Assembly (NCBI GenBank): GCA_950097015.1
Contig: CATNEN010000010.1
Span: 2,480,001-2,544,000 of the forward strand
Reading direction: 5' to 3'
DNA: 64,000 nt
From: Macrostomum hystrix
Taxonomy: Eukaryota > Animalia > Platyhelminthes
Shown here: one piece after another, positions 36,340 to 49,545 of the stretch
Position numbering within the stretch: the first letter of the stretch is position 1
Layout of the letters: every line of letters begins with the position of its first letter
Notes under the pieces: model-generated
The model's input: the letters and a program-made list of their open reading frames with translations, nothing else
What the model was told of the DNA's origin: nothing
Databases searched by the model: none
Translations under genes and position numbers: made by a program

Positions 36340-37900
36340 AATTAACCATTGCTTCAACAGAACACAGTTCGCTTGGCTGAGCCGTTCCCGTAGCGGACTC
36401 TGCACCGCTTAGTCGGTCTCATTGGCTTCTGCCGATGTGTTCTGCCGCTTGCCCCGACCCGTCTGCTCCATAAGATGGCGGATTGTAGCCTCCAAAAAGT
36501 CTAGGAATTTCATGCAGTTGCCTGACTGGCAGTAACATCCAACTGAAGCAAAATGTGAAATCCGAGCTTCTGCAGGTGCCACCTGTACGTCCTTCTACAT
36601 GCACTGTAGGGCTGTAATGCCGCGTCAAGGCGATCGACGCCTCCCATGCTTTTGTTGTATTGTAGCAGTGAGTTAGGCTTCGCTACAGTCTCGACCACGC
36701 CACCTCGAATGACTCGCCTCACTTCTGTTCTTCCAGCAACGCCGCGGGTGTCCAAAAGGTACACAGCTTTGCGACCGCTAGCCTTTCTGTCAACGAGCTT
36801 GACGGCAAGAACATCACCCTGGCGCATGTGAGAGTGACTCACAGGTTGCAACGCCAGCACCTTTAGCTCATTTGGGATGCCTCGCTCGACCCTCACCGTT
36901 CCCGTCAGCATGGTATTACGTTCGAGCAGAAACTGAACTAGGCGAAGTGACGTGAACCAGCTGTCACAATAGATCCTGTAGCCAAAGTTCAGCAAGTCCT
37001 TGCTGAGCTCGACAACAATCTGCTCACTAAAAGAGAAATTCTGCCAATTCAGCCGGAACATGAAAGTTGAAAAGAAATCCGATGGAAGCCTCTGTGAGAC
37101 AGGAAACCTTTGTGCCGAATCTTTGTGCGCGCTTGGTGGGCATGAACTGTCGGAAAATGAGTCTTCCTTTGTACATTACCAACTCTTCAGCTACTGAAAC
37201 GTCTTGATTCGCAATGTCTAAAAACGGTCTGAACTTCTTCAAGGAGTCCTGCTGATGATTTACTGCGGTGCAGTCGTAGAATCGAAGGAATTACATGAGA
37301 TGAATAGACCGATCCCTTCCAAAGCAGTGCTCTTTTTTAAAATACTCGTTGCCGTAGAAAGCACCAGTCGATATACATGTGCATTTCGGGCTTCTTCACA
37401 AGACCATGTACAGGATGATCGATAGACATTTCTTCTTAAATTCGCACTTCGTTATTGGTGCCCGGTCTCCAAGATGACAGTAAAGGAGGAGGAGCTCCCT
37501 CAGCCTCACTTATAAAGTTTTGGAACTCGAAATGGACACCAGATCAGTGGTTTTTAAGTGTTGAAAGAAGAACTCCACCCGAGGCATCATTGTATCAGGC
37601 GCTTGGGCTAATTAATAGGTCAGGGTTCAGACCCGGCACTCCCAGGAATTCTGGAGCATCTCGAATACGCGAGTCTTCACCCTCCTGAACGAAAGTCCAT
37701 GCATTTTCATCATTTTATTTCTTTGATTTACGAAGCATTTACGAAATTTCTTCCAGTTGAAAGCCTTCGCTGTCACTCTGACCATCTTCTTCATTCACCC
37801 CGCCATCGATGCTTTCGTACTCGCTGAGGCTGTCATCGCTGGTAAAAACTGGCGAGTTGTCAAGAATGGCAATGGCATCCTTATAAAAATTGCTTGCCAT
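36340..37900 (-). mobile_element. Degenerate piggyBac (PGBD4-like, DDE_Tnp_1_7) transposase
   Basis: EELVMYKGRLIFRQFMPTK..RFGTKV, GYRIYCDSWFTSLRLVQFL...TGTVR, YNKSMGGVDRLD..RRTYRW, and a decayed Cys-rich C-terminus (KRCRV). ATG with acidic N-terminus at 37900. Multiple frameshifts and stops; TIRs not found. Confidence 0.9.
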
Positions 37901-38494
37901 GTTGCAATTGTCTCGAAGTAATTAAGTTGATCCGGATAGGAAAACTTTAATGAGGTAATCTAAAGATACGAAAGTAATATTATTTTCACACGCGTATGGT
38001 ATTAGGTATCAGGATGAAAAATCGGTTGTTGAAAACGGAATACTGTAAAATAAAAGCAACAGAGACCGAATTTTGCCATAGACAGTCTCAGGATAGGGAT
38101 GCGTATAAGGGCCCCATTAATCGATCAATAAAATTTTTAGTGCCCATTGAAAAAACATCAAATTTGGCCCGTCTGTGATCATAAGAGTGCTCATAGACAG
38201 TGGGGACGATAAGCTGTGGCATGCTAGGTGTACCATCCGTTAACTGAGACTGTGAGCGTAGAAGCCCAGTTCGAATACTGTTACCATCTTTAGTCCAAGC
38301 TCGTCAAGAAGACAAGAAACGAATTCTAAACACTGCTTCATTAAAATCGCATATTTTCTTCATTCCGCAATTAAAATTTAGGTTTGGCCACAGATTAAAC
38401 TTCGAGACAGCACAAAAATGTGCTTTTTTAGTCAAATGGACGTCTTTAATGCCTGAGGTTTTGGTTTATTTTTTGCAAAACTCAAGACCTACAT

Positions 38495-41400
38495 ATGCAG
38501 AATACAGACAGCAGTGCGAGCGAGTACGAACTCGGCAGCGCTGGTGGAATCGGCAGTGATGCGGGCAACAGTGGTGGCGGAAGTGGAAGCGTAGCGGGAA
38601 GTAGCGGTCGTAGAGTTGCTAGCGGTGCGGTCAACAGCGCAGACGGAACTGGCAGCGGTGCGGTCAACAGCGCAGAAGGAACCGGCAGCGGTGCGGTCAA
38701 CAGCGCAGAAGGAACCGGCAGCGGTGCGGTCAACAGCGCAGATGGAAGTGGCAGCGGTGCGGTCAACAGCGCAGACGGATTTGGCAGCGGTGCGGTCAAC
38801 AGCGCAGACGGAACTGGCAGCGGTGCGGTCAACAGCGCAGATGGAAGTGGCAGCGGTGCGGGCAGCAGTGGTGGCGGACGTGGCAGCGGTGCAGGCAGCA
38901 GAGGTCGTAGAGTTGGCAGCGGTGCGGGCAGCAGAGGTGGCGAAAGTGGCAGCGGTGCGGGCAGCAGTGGTGGAGGAAGTGGCAGCGGTGCGGGCAGCAG
39001 AGGTCGTAGAGTTGGCATTGGTGCAGGCAGCAGAGGTGGCGAAAGTGGCAGCGGTGCGGGCAGCAGAGGTCGTAGAGTTGGCATTGGTGCAGGCAGCAGA
39101 GGTGGCGCAAGTGGCAGCAGCGGTGATGGAGTTGGTGGCCGTGCGGACAGCAGAGATGACGGAAGTGCGGGCAACAATGGTAGCGGAAGTGACAAAGGTG
39201 GAGGGCACCCTAACAAGCGGCAGCGTCCTCGATCGCCTCAAGAGCGGCTCAAGCGAGTACGAAGATCGAAGGTGAGTTCTAGCCATGGAGCTGCGTGTAG
39301 CTCTCGCGAGCATAAACTGCCAGCTCCTATGCAATCTGAAAACCTTGGCACCTTAGCACCCGAACGGAGCAACGCAAGCACACGAAACTCAAAAACACGG
39401 GCCAACTTTTTGTTGCGCATCTTCTGAAACAGTGAACAAGTTGCCAGCTCTTCAGACCGTTGAGATATTCAATGGTTCTGGTCGAAGGTCTGATTTTTCC
39501 CATAAGCGCTACACCCCTATACATTAATTAGCACTACGCCTCAGTGCGGCCTTGCCAGCAGGCCTTCAAAATTTATCAGCAAGTCACCCGAATGTGCCTG
39601 CATAAATCTCCGTCTTCGGTGGTCACCTACCTTTATCTAGCCGGATTTGCTAGACCTTCAAGGGCTACAACAGGTGAAAGTAGGCCACTATGGACACCCT
39701 GACGCGAATTTCTCCAATTTCACTGATCAAGCCTAAATATGCTCAGCCACAGTACACCATCGCCTGGTCTGCCAACCAATCAGTCACCACCCAACGCTGT
39801 TAACATTCAGGCGCTGACAAAATGATTTTCAGGGAGGGGGAAATCCCCCTTGGTATAAAAACAGGCGGCAAAATGGCTTGCTAGTCCTACTGTTCAGCTA
39901 TTTTAATCTAAGGGCCCGACCAGCCAATCAGAAACGCTGTTTTGCATCACCTATGTGGCTGCAAGGCAACCAATCAATTAAACCGATTCACGAGCCTCAA
40001 TTCAAACAACAGGCGTCACCATCGACAGCTGCCTCGGATCCCGCGATCAGCCAGGGCGACTGTCCGATCTGCCTGGAGACCATCGCTGTGGGGCTCGCCG
40101 TCCAGCCGGATGCCTGTCGCCATGTGTTCTGTTCGGACTGCTTAGCCCGCTGGTGCCGCACCGGCGGCTGCACCTGCCCTCTGGACAGAGCTCCTTTTCG
40201 GGAAGTGCTGAGGCTCCCGACGACTCCTGGTAGAGCACCGGTGCGGCTTCCTGTTCGATTGGCTCTCGCCAGCGAACTGCAGCAGCAGCAGCAGCAGCAG
40301 CACAATGATGCTGATTCTGATGAAGAAGACTTCATGATGTGTGCCTTCTGCGGCATGGGCCCTCGGCCAGGTCAGAAACTTCAGCTGCACCCAAGCGATT
40401 CAGTGTGCAGTGATTCAGTGTGCAGTGATTCAGGCTGCAGTCATTCAGTGTGCAGGGATTCAGTGTGCAGTGATTCAGTGTGCAGTGATTCAGTGTGCAG
40501 TGATTCAGGCTGCAGTCATTCAGGCTGCAGTCATTCAGTGTGCAGGGATTCAGTGTGCAGTGATTCAGTGTGCAGTGATTCAGTGTGCAGTGATTCAGTG
40601 TGCAGTGATTCAGTGTGCAGTGATTCAGTGTGCAGGGATTCAGTGTGCAGGGATTCAGTGTGCAGTGATTCAGTGTGCAGGGATTCAGTGTGTAGTAATT
40701 CAGGGTACAGTCATTCAGGGTACAGTCATTCAGTGTGCAGTAATTCACGGTGCAGTCATTCAGGCTGCAGTCATTCAGTGTGCAGTCATTCAGGCTGCAG
40801 TCATTCAGTGTGCAGTCATTCAGGCTGCAGTCATTCAGTGTGCAGTCATTCAGGCTGCAGTCATTCAGGCTGCAGTCATTCAGTGTGCAGGGATTCAGTG
40901 TGCAGGGATTCAGTGTGCAGGGATTCAGTGTGCAGTGATTCAGTGTGCAGTGATTCAGTGTGCAGTGATTCAGTGTGCAGGGATTCAGGGTACAGTCATT
41001 CAGGGTACAGTCATTCAGGGTACAGTCATTCAGTGTGCAGTAATTCACGGTGCAGTCATTCAGGCTGCAGTCATTCAGTGTGCAGTCATTCAGGCTGCAG
41101 TAATTCACGGTGCAGTCATTCAGTGTGCAGTCATTCAGGCTGCAGTCATTCACGGTGCAGTCATTCAGGCTGCAGTCATTCAGTGTGCAGTCATTCAGGC
41201 TGCAGTCATTCAGTGTGCAGTCATTCAGGCTGCAGTCATTCAGTGTGCAGGGATTCAGTGTGCAGGGATTCAGTGTGCAGGGATTCAGTGTGCAGGGATT
41301 CAGTGTGCAGCAGGGATTCAGTGTGCAGGGATTCAGTGTGCAGGGATTCAGTGTGCAGTCATTCAGGCTGCAGTCATTCAGTGTGCAGTCATTCAGTGTG

Positions 41401-41723
41401 CAGGGATTCAGTGTGCAGGGATTCAGTGTGCAGGGATTCAGTGTGTAGTCATTCAGTGATTCAGGATAATGCTACGTCTTAAAATAAACTAAAATGAAAG
41501 TGAAGTGTCATGTCAAAGCTAGAACTGAGATGACCTAAAATTATCGTGATGGTGCACCTGCACTCACAATCTGCATTCAGAGCCAGGTCTTGACGCCATG
41601 ATTGAGTGCAACCATTGCGGCCTCGCCTTTCACCTGGACTGTACACCTCTGGACTGGTTTGAAGACAACGCTGACGAGGATGATGCGTTACTGTGTGATG
41701 ATTGCGCTCTTGACTTTTCTTGA
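38495..41723 (+). CDS. RING + PHD finger protein (PHRF1/SCAF11-like architecture) with probable Gly/Ser-repeat N-terminal exon
   Basis: RING: CPIC..DACRHVFCSDCLARW..TCPLDR. The PHD is split by intron 40371-41580 (phase 1): CAFCGMGPRP|EPGLDAMIECNHCGLAFHLDC...LCDDC*. Exon 38495-39271 (GSGAVNSADG repeats plus basic KRQRPRS..LKRVRRSK, donor GTGAGT) joins in phase 0 to acceptor 40011-40012; this first join is less certain. Confidence 0.75.
39355..39892 (+). mobile_element. MITE family B, copy 2 (left end missing)
   Basis: Colinear with 18250-18809, including right inner TIR, TATAAAA and outer TIR. Confidence 0.85.
40395..41460. repeat. 15-nt minisatellite, ~70 copies, in the PHD-splitting intron
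   Basis: Unit TTCAG(T/G)(G/C)TGCAG(T/G)(G/C)A, e.g. TTCAGTGTGCAGTGA. Confidence 0.95.
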
Positions 41724-44057
41724 CTGGTAGTCGACCAGCGCGACTGGCGCGACAGACCGTAATCCTTAAGAGTCATGTCTGATGACGTCATGAGATAACC
41801 TTCAATATTTTTTGCGCTCCGCTAGCTTCAAAACATACTTTCATTGGCACTGTCAGCGAAAAGCATTGATTTAGTGCCTTCTATTAGTTTTAATATAAAT
41901 AAAATTGAAGCAATTAGCTTTCTTGGTAGGCTCCATTTTGGCCGTCTCATCGCATTTGAACCCTTTCTAAGCCAATTGATTTTCTAAGTAAATAAGTGGT
42001 TCTGTTTATTCGTACAAACCATCTCACTTCTAGTTCTAGTTGTAGACCTTTCGTTTATAACATGATTTGGTCTCCTAAGAATACAAGTGAACAAATTTTA
42101 AAGACCGGGCGGCTTAGTTGCCACAGACAGGATTTAGTTCAGTAACATTCGCTTTCTTGTCCTTTCCTATCTATACTAACGTGCTATTTATGGCAAAAAA
42201 TAATCAATTAACTTAAAAGGATTCAAGCCTATGTGCTCAAAAGTGCACACACCTCTCTGTGGGTTCTTTGTTCGTATAAATGAATTTAGTGCAAGTTAGT
42301 TCGTTCTAGAAAATCGAATTAGAATGTTTCTATTAGCATGTTCTGTTTTGCAGCATAGAAGCTACAATAGGAGCTACAAATTTCTGTCAAACTTTCACTA
42401 GCATATTTGTTTAAGCAAGCCTTATTCACACTGGGGCTGGTCCGCAAAATAAAGGTATAGTTTTTTATTGTTCAGTAAAAACAACAAGAGATGTCCAACT
42501 GGAGATGTTTGAAACATAGGATTTTTCAAATTTATTTGTTTAGTCTTTTAACTTTTTTAGGAATTCGCGCAAATGCCAAAAATACTTAATTTTCGAATTA
42601 GCAATGCAGTACTTACGGTGTATTTATTTCCCGGAAAGGACAGCAGAACCAACTAGTTAAACAAAAAAATATTTTCAAGACTTTAAAAAAATATTTTTTT
42701 TACTTTAACAGCTGTATGCTGCTTTAAATAAATAATTTAAACTTCTAGTTAGCTTTTCTTATTGCGCTGTAATATAAAATACTTGTATTCCATAGAAATA
42801 TGAGTTCTTTGATTTTACGTATATAGCGCTTAACATTCAAGATTGTGCGTTTTTTGTCAATAGAAAGAATATATTGGTTTCATTTGACTTATTGGAGCTA
42901 GAAAAATTCTTAATGCTTCGACGCCAAGAAGCAAGGAGATCTGGTAAAGTAAAAATCTGCTCAACTATCAATTTCTTAAATTAGTTCTTACCAAGACCAA
43001 TAGTATAGTTTAGCTTCAGTAAGACAGCTACGGCTAAATCAATATTTTTTGTATTTTCGTGGAAGAATAGCAGAGGTGCATTTCACCATCACCATTTAGC
43101 AGGAAGTTTACAAAAGCTATTGATGGTATCTAGAATACAGAGGCTTTGTATATTTTATTTATCTCTGTAATATATATTACTGAAATTGAAAGTAGGGATA
43201 TTTTTTCTAATCAAACATGAATTGGCTGGCACATACAGACCAGAAAATGTAAAATAAGATGTGAGATTGTCACTAAAGCGTTTAAAACTAAATTTATAAT
43301 AAAATTATACTCTCGGAACTAATTATGTTGTGGTTTGTTATTGTTCATTCTGTATGTATTTTTTTAAACTAATCTATCATATTTTTAGCACATATGTTTA
43401 TGAATTAATACAGTTTAATTAATCTTAACTCAAATATACTTTCTGTATTTATTTGCTTAGCATCTCAAATATCAAGGAAACTACTTAAGTTAAAATTCCA
43501 TTTTGAGAACAGAAAGCAAGGTTTAGGTTAGCACTAATGCTTGACTCTACTCTCACTGCAGACTTTAATCTTCACTGGCTTTTATTTTTACTATTCAATT
43601 AATTGGATAGAGGGGAAATTAAAACGTATTATCAACTATTGTAAGTCAATGTGACTTCGATATTAAAACATGCAGCTATAAGTGCCTGAACAGAGCGTCA
43701 CAAAACGAAATTGTTATTTTTTAATTAATTCGCATGAGGATGTTTTTTCTTTAGGTTATAAATATATTTTATATTTCCCGCTACATAATATCAAAGTTTT
43801 AAGCTTCAAAGTCTTTTATATCTTTAGATACCGTTAAAAATTTGAATAATGTGCATACTGAGTGCAGTGCTTAAATTTATATATACAACAGTAGTCTTTC
43901 TTTGAGCCAAGAGAATGTGCAGGCGCGTAAGGCATAGCGCTCAGATTATCAGGCCACAATTTTTTAAAAAACTTGAATGACTAACGAATGAATGTCCGTA
44001 AGTTATGCTTGTGCGCAAAAGTAATTAGAGAATGCGCGATCACTGTTTCTGTCACAG

Positions 44058-47000
44058 AGGAGGAGTCGGATTCCGCAGCTGAGGAGGTGACAGATCTCGA
44101 GGACTCTGAGGAGGAAGAAGAGGAAGAAGATGAGGAGGACGAGTTGGCGGGAGGGCGCAAGAAGCAGCAGCAACCCGGCAAGAAGGCGGAGGTGGAGCAA
44201 CAAGGCCTGTTGCACGTGGCCCTGGACCGGACGGAGCGGGCAGGCGGCCAGGAGCAGCAGACGATGCTGGAGGCGCTAAACATGTTTCTGATGCGCAACA
44301 CCAACGCCAAATACGAGGGCGAGAAGTTGCTGCGGGATGACGTCGGGGTGAGCGACCGCTTGAAAAACTTTTCATCTAACGCCACTTGACTTTAACAAAC
44401 TAAGCAAATACGAAGCAGCGAGTTTCCTAGAATATGTTGTTCAGTGTCGTGGAAGCTTGTTTTTTGGAATCGTCAATAAAACTTGTAGTTTCTCAGAATC
44501 TGTGTAGGCATAGCGGCTGGCTTTTTGGAATTGATGCAGAAGAAATGAAGATTTTTTTCTTTGAGTTAGTGTCCAGAAGCAGCGAGTTTCTTAGAATAAG
44601 TTCTTAAACGCCATTCCTTTTTTATGTCTTCTGTTATTAAAAATCCTCTCGTTGCCTGTTTCTAGGGCGCGGTCCGCTGGCGCCCGGTGTCAACAGGGAA
44701 CTCGGTACCGCCGCACGAGCTGACGGTGACGCAAATCGACCACACGCATGATCTGCTGCGCGTGTCGGGCATGGAGGCCGGTGCGGCCGAGCAGCAGAAC
44801 ACCCCGGAGTGGCTGCAGCGGCACAGCGTCGAGGCCTTGCGCCTGACGGTGAAGGACCTCGTGCAGCTGGGCAAGCTGACGAAGCCGAAGCCGGACTCGG
44901 AGACCGGAAAGCCGATGCCGCACCTGCAGTTCGACGCGGCCGACGTCATCCAGTTCGAGTACCGCCTGCACCAGGCAGTTCAGGTGAGACTGCAGTTTTG
45001 GGATCGCACTCACTGACTGGGGAAAAGTGTCCAAAGAAGTAGCAGCTATTGCAGGATTGCATTGAGTGAAAATAGCGACCAGCATGCACAGCACACAGTG
45101 ACCCTGGTAGAGTTGGACGCAACTTAAAAATATTTTTGCAAAACACGAAGCATCCATCGCATCCCGCAGGGCTTCACTGAGCGCATCAAGTGGTGCCTGC
45201 GCGGCTCCCGCAAGCTGTTCGGCCTGGTCCAGGGCGAGCGGGTGGCCGTCTGCGTGGACTGCTCCGACGCCAACACCAGCTTCGGGCGGGCGGAGACCCT
45301 GCAACAGGCGCTTCTGCACCTCATCGATGAGCAGCTGGCCAGCAAGAAGTCTGTCTACATGATGTCATTCGGCACGGAGCTCCAGCTGCTGTGGCCAAAC
45401 GTGATGGACGTGAACTGCCGCACACTTGAGGAGGCCAAGATGTTCGCCATGACCCGCCAAGTGAGCTCTCACCAGTGCCTGCAGAGAACTGTTTTTAGGT
45501 CATAGCTCGTATAATCGCGAGACCAGCAAGTAAATCTTGCTTTCACAGCAACCAGCTGCCCCCACACACACTGACCACAGGCTGCAGGTGGCTGCAACCT
45601 GCTCAAAGCACTGCGCCACCTCTCCAGACTCCGCGGCGTCGACTCCCTCCTCATCATTGTGGGCTCGAACCCGGACCAGCCGGCCGACATTCTGGAGGAC
45701 TTCGCCTTCCAGCTGAGCGCCGGCCGAGACGTGCGGCTTCACACCGTGGCCTTTGACTGCGCCAGCCAGATCAGCAACGACGGGCTGCGACGTCTAGCTG
45801 ACGTCACCGGTGGCCGCTTCCACTGCTACTCGGCCACCTCGGATGAGCTCATCTACGCCTCCTCGGACATCAGCGGACTGCTGCAGGAGATCGACAAGAC
45901 TCAGGAGGTGTTGAAGAAAATTGGCGAGATGCGGCAGGGCATGCTTGACAGCACGCTTGTCAGCATCATGAATGAGATCAGCATGGAGGTGGACAAGCTG
46001 CCGCAGTCGCGCTTTCTGCCCAGGCCGCCAGGACACGATGAGCCGCTGAAGCTGGAGCCGGTGAAGTTTCAGCCGACCTCCAGCATCGACTGGCTGATGG
46101 AGAACGGGCTGAAAGCCAACAAGATGGACCTGTACCAGATCCTGGCGCCCAATGCCTACTCCTACTGTGAGGGCTTCGTGCCGATCATCCGCAAGACGGT
46201 GCAGTCGCAGGTGCACGAGAAGGTCATGGCGCAGTTCCCCTGGCACGACGGCTCGGTGAAGAATGTCCACGTGGACCTGGCGCAGCTGTTTGAGTACCAG
46301 AAGCAGCTGGGCCACCTGGTCAAGCGGTACGAGCAGCGAATCAACTGGCTGGCCAGCAGCAGCAGGAAGATCTTCGGCACCATCGTGGAGCGCAACGTAC
46401 TGTTCCTGTTGGACATGTCCGCTTCCAACGTCAACTACCTGGTGCACATCCAGCACTCGATGCGCATGCTGATGGAGCAGCAGATGTCCAACAAGAAGTA
46501 CTTCAACCTGGTGGCATTCGGCAGCGAGGTGCGCTTCTTCAGCAAGACCATGGTGCGGGTTAGTGAGGCCTCCCTGCAGGCTGGCTGGAGGTGGATCCTC
46601 GGCCTGGAGTCCTGCGGCTCCCGCAACCTGCTGGGCGCGATGCGGATGGTGCTGGAGAACGAGGAGGAGGAGAAGCACCGCGTGTGTCCAGAGGGCCTGT
46701 ACCTGTTCACCTCGGGCATTCCGGACCAAGCGGCGGAGCAGGTGATTGGCTAGCTGAAGAATCCTCAACCAGGATTCGGAATATACCTGAGCGGATTGAA
46801 ATGTTTTAGAGTGGATTGGGACTTCTTAATTTTACATTTAATTTCGGATCTCTCTGAGTTTACAGTGTTCGCCGCATGCCCGCAGCTGAGCGCCTACCTC
46901 GAAGAGAAGGCTGTCGGCCGCGACCTGCGCCTGCACTGCGTTCTGTTCAACGTGGACGACTACGACAAGGACGGCGCCATCCCCGGTCGCTACGCCAGCA

Positions 47001-48777
47001 TCACCAAGACGGCCGACTCGCTGCGCTTCCTGTCGCACTGCACCGGCGGCCGCTTCCACTGGTTCCGCGAGACCGGCATCATCGAGTCAGACGACATCCG
47101 CCTAATCATGTCCGAGATCGACAAAGCCGTCAACTTTTCGCGCCGAGCAAAGACTTTGATAGACGCCGTCCGCACCAAGTACGAGGAGATGTTCCCGGAT
47201 AAATATCCAAAGGCGCTTGGCGGGACCGAGTCCGCGGACGATGCTGATGGTGGCGGTGGCGGTGGAGGCGACGGAGGAGGAGACGGTGGCGGAGGTGCCA
47301 AACCGAAGGCCCTGCCACCACCCAAGCCCACGGCGAAGAGCCTGGCCCGACAGTCCTTCGTGCGCGACGCTCTGGACTCAGAGCCGCCGGTGCCAAAGGC
47401 GCTCGGCCTTCGCCCCGGCGCCGCCGCCACCGCTGCTAGCTCCGTAAAGGCGGAACCGCTGGAGAGCGTCCGCCTCGGCCGTCGATGCGTGAAGTCCGCC
47501 TTCTACACCGGCGAGCGGAACCGCAAAGGCCAGGTGATCACCGACTACCAGGGCGGCAAGTCGGTGCGCAAGGCGGTAGGCCGCGCCGAGATCCCAGACA
47601 AGGAGGACCAGGTGACCTCCAAGGCCTGGTTCAAGCGCTACAGCCTGTCCAAGCTCGGCCTGGACTTATACCGCCTGGTGTCCGGGCCCGACTGCCGGCA
47701 CGAGGAGAAGCTGGTGAAGCCGCTGGGCAAGACGGTGTCGGCCAAGTACTGCAGCGGCCTGTTCCCCACCGTGAACATTCGCGGCGTCACCAAGCACCTG
47801 CAGTACACGCCGGTCGAGCTGCAGTCCTACGACGCCGAGTGCGTGCGCGCCCTGAAGCGCTACCTGCAGCGGCTGCACTGGCTGCTCTCCGGCAGCCGAA
47901 GGCTATTCGGCGTTGTGGTGGAGACCCGGGCGGTGTTCCTCATCGATGTCTCTGGCTCTATGGCGCCCTACATGGAAGAACTGAAGCTGGCGCTGAAGGC
48001 GCTTGTCTGGGAGCAACTGTACAAGTTCCACGTAGCCTTCAACCTGATCGCATTCAGCAGCGGCCTGCGCGCCTGGAGCCCCGGCCTGGAGCCGGCCGAG
48101 GAGGACAGCTGCCACGCTGCGGTGGCCTGGATCGACCGGCTGGCTGCCATGGGCAACACGGCCACGCTGGAGGCTCTGGAGGCAGCGTTCGCCACCAGGT
48201 TAGATATACTTGCGCAAGATAGTCTACTTAGAGCTGAAGTATCAAAAACATAGTTATCAGTAAGACAGTCTACTTAGAGCTGAAGTATCAGTTAATTTAC
48301 GAATTTCGCCTATAAGAAATTGTCGAACTCTGCAGGGAGCCGGTGGACGCCATCTACCTGCTGACTGACGGTAAGCCGGACACCTCGACCAGCACCATTC
48401 TGCGCAGCCTCAATCGGCTGGACGACGGGCGCAACATTGCCGTCCACACCATCAGCTTCAACTGCTGCGATGCCACGGCGAACACCTTCCTGCAGTGCCT
48501 GGCGGCCGAGACCGGCGGCCGCTACCACAAGGTGGTGGAGGAGTTCGATGCCAAGCTGTTCGCCCATCGGCTGCTGGAGGAGACCAAGCTGGACGACCCC
48601 GAGTATCCCAACCTGCCGCCGTTCGAGGGCGACGACCTGAGCCGGCTGGCCAAGGAGATTGACTCGGCCAGGCGCTTCTTGGCCAAGTCGCAGTACTTCA
48701 AGGATCTGTACTATGAGACCAAGCGGCTGCGCAATGAGAGCCTGGGCGCCAAGGAAAGCCGCATTGTGCCGGCCTGA
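44058..48777 (+). CDS. VWA3A: von Willebrand factor A domain-containing protein 3A-like (~1270 aa)
   Basis: Phase-consistent exons 44058-44347, 44666-44983, 45170-45460, 45581-46741, 46886-48198, 48336-48777; possible first exon 42913-42943. Three 'WL..GSR.(L/I)FG.(V/I)' plus DxS VWA modules and C-terminal IYLLTDGKPDTS..VHTISFNC..TGGRYH. Confidence 0.85.
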
Positions 48778-49084
48778 GCGGACCTCATCTACCGAGAAGA
48801 TTCGCTCCTCTCTCTGTCTTAGGCTTGGATTGTTACTGTCACTTCCCCATGGGTCAATTAGAGATACGAGTGCATTGAAATATAAATAAATAAATGCAAA
48901 CATGGATGTAAGCTCTTCTATTTGGGTATAGTAGGGATGGGGAATACTAGTTAGAATCCCCACCTCAAAAGCCCGATTGGTTATAATTGGGAATTGGGAA
49001 CTAGATAAAAGCAATTGTCCATGATGGGCAATCCACCTGCAATGCCCAACCGGCTGCGATGGGAATCACCAATAGTCAGCTACG

Positions 49085-49545
49085 TTGGGGAACCCCCACT
49101 CGAAATGTCCAATTGCCTGCGATGAGAATCCCCACTTGAAACCCGATTGGCTATATGGTGGGGAATCCCCATTTAAAACAACCCGATTGGCTATATGACG
49201 GGAAATCCCCACTTGAAAACCCGATTGGCTCTATGATGGGGAATCCCCACTTGAAACCCGATTCGCTATATGATTGGGAATCCCCACTTGAAAACCCGAT
49301 CGGCTATATGGTGGGGAATCCCCACTTGAAAACCCGATCGGCTATATGGTGGGGAATCCCCACTTGAAAACCCGATCGGCTATATGGTGGGGAATCCCCA
49401 CTTGAAAACCCGATTGACTATATGGTGGGGAATCCCCACTCGAAAACCCGATTGGTTATATGATTGGGAATCTCCACTTGAAAACCCGATCGGCTATATG
49501 GTGGGGAATCCCCACTAATCTATTTTGATGATGGGGAATCCCGAG
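49085..49545. repeat. ~38-nt tandem repeat, ~11 copies, with palindromic GGGGAATCCCC core
   Basis: Unit GGGAATCCCCACTTGAAAACCCGAT(C/T)GGCTATATGGTG. Confidence 0.9.

Noticed and set aside
38100-38130. TTAA near the piggyBac 5' end as an element boundary
   Set aside because: No matching inverted terminus found on the other side; ends cannot be defined
39878-41482. 534-aa ORF as the principal gene product
   Set aside because: Splicing 40370 to 41581 completes a canonical PHD finger, so the repeat portion is most likely intronic
46750-46800. CUGAAGA followed by a hairpin in a VWA3A intron (hammerhead-like)
   Set aside because: The stem is followed by GGAAU rather than GAAA, and no stems I/III are evident
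44690-49014. Long antisense ORFs over VWA3A; similar ones over CCDC93, CACYBP and the 11-14 kb gene
   Set aside because: Expected shadows of GC3-rich coding sequence
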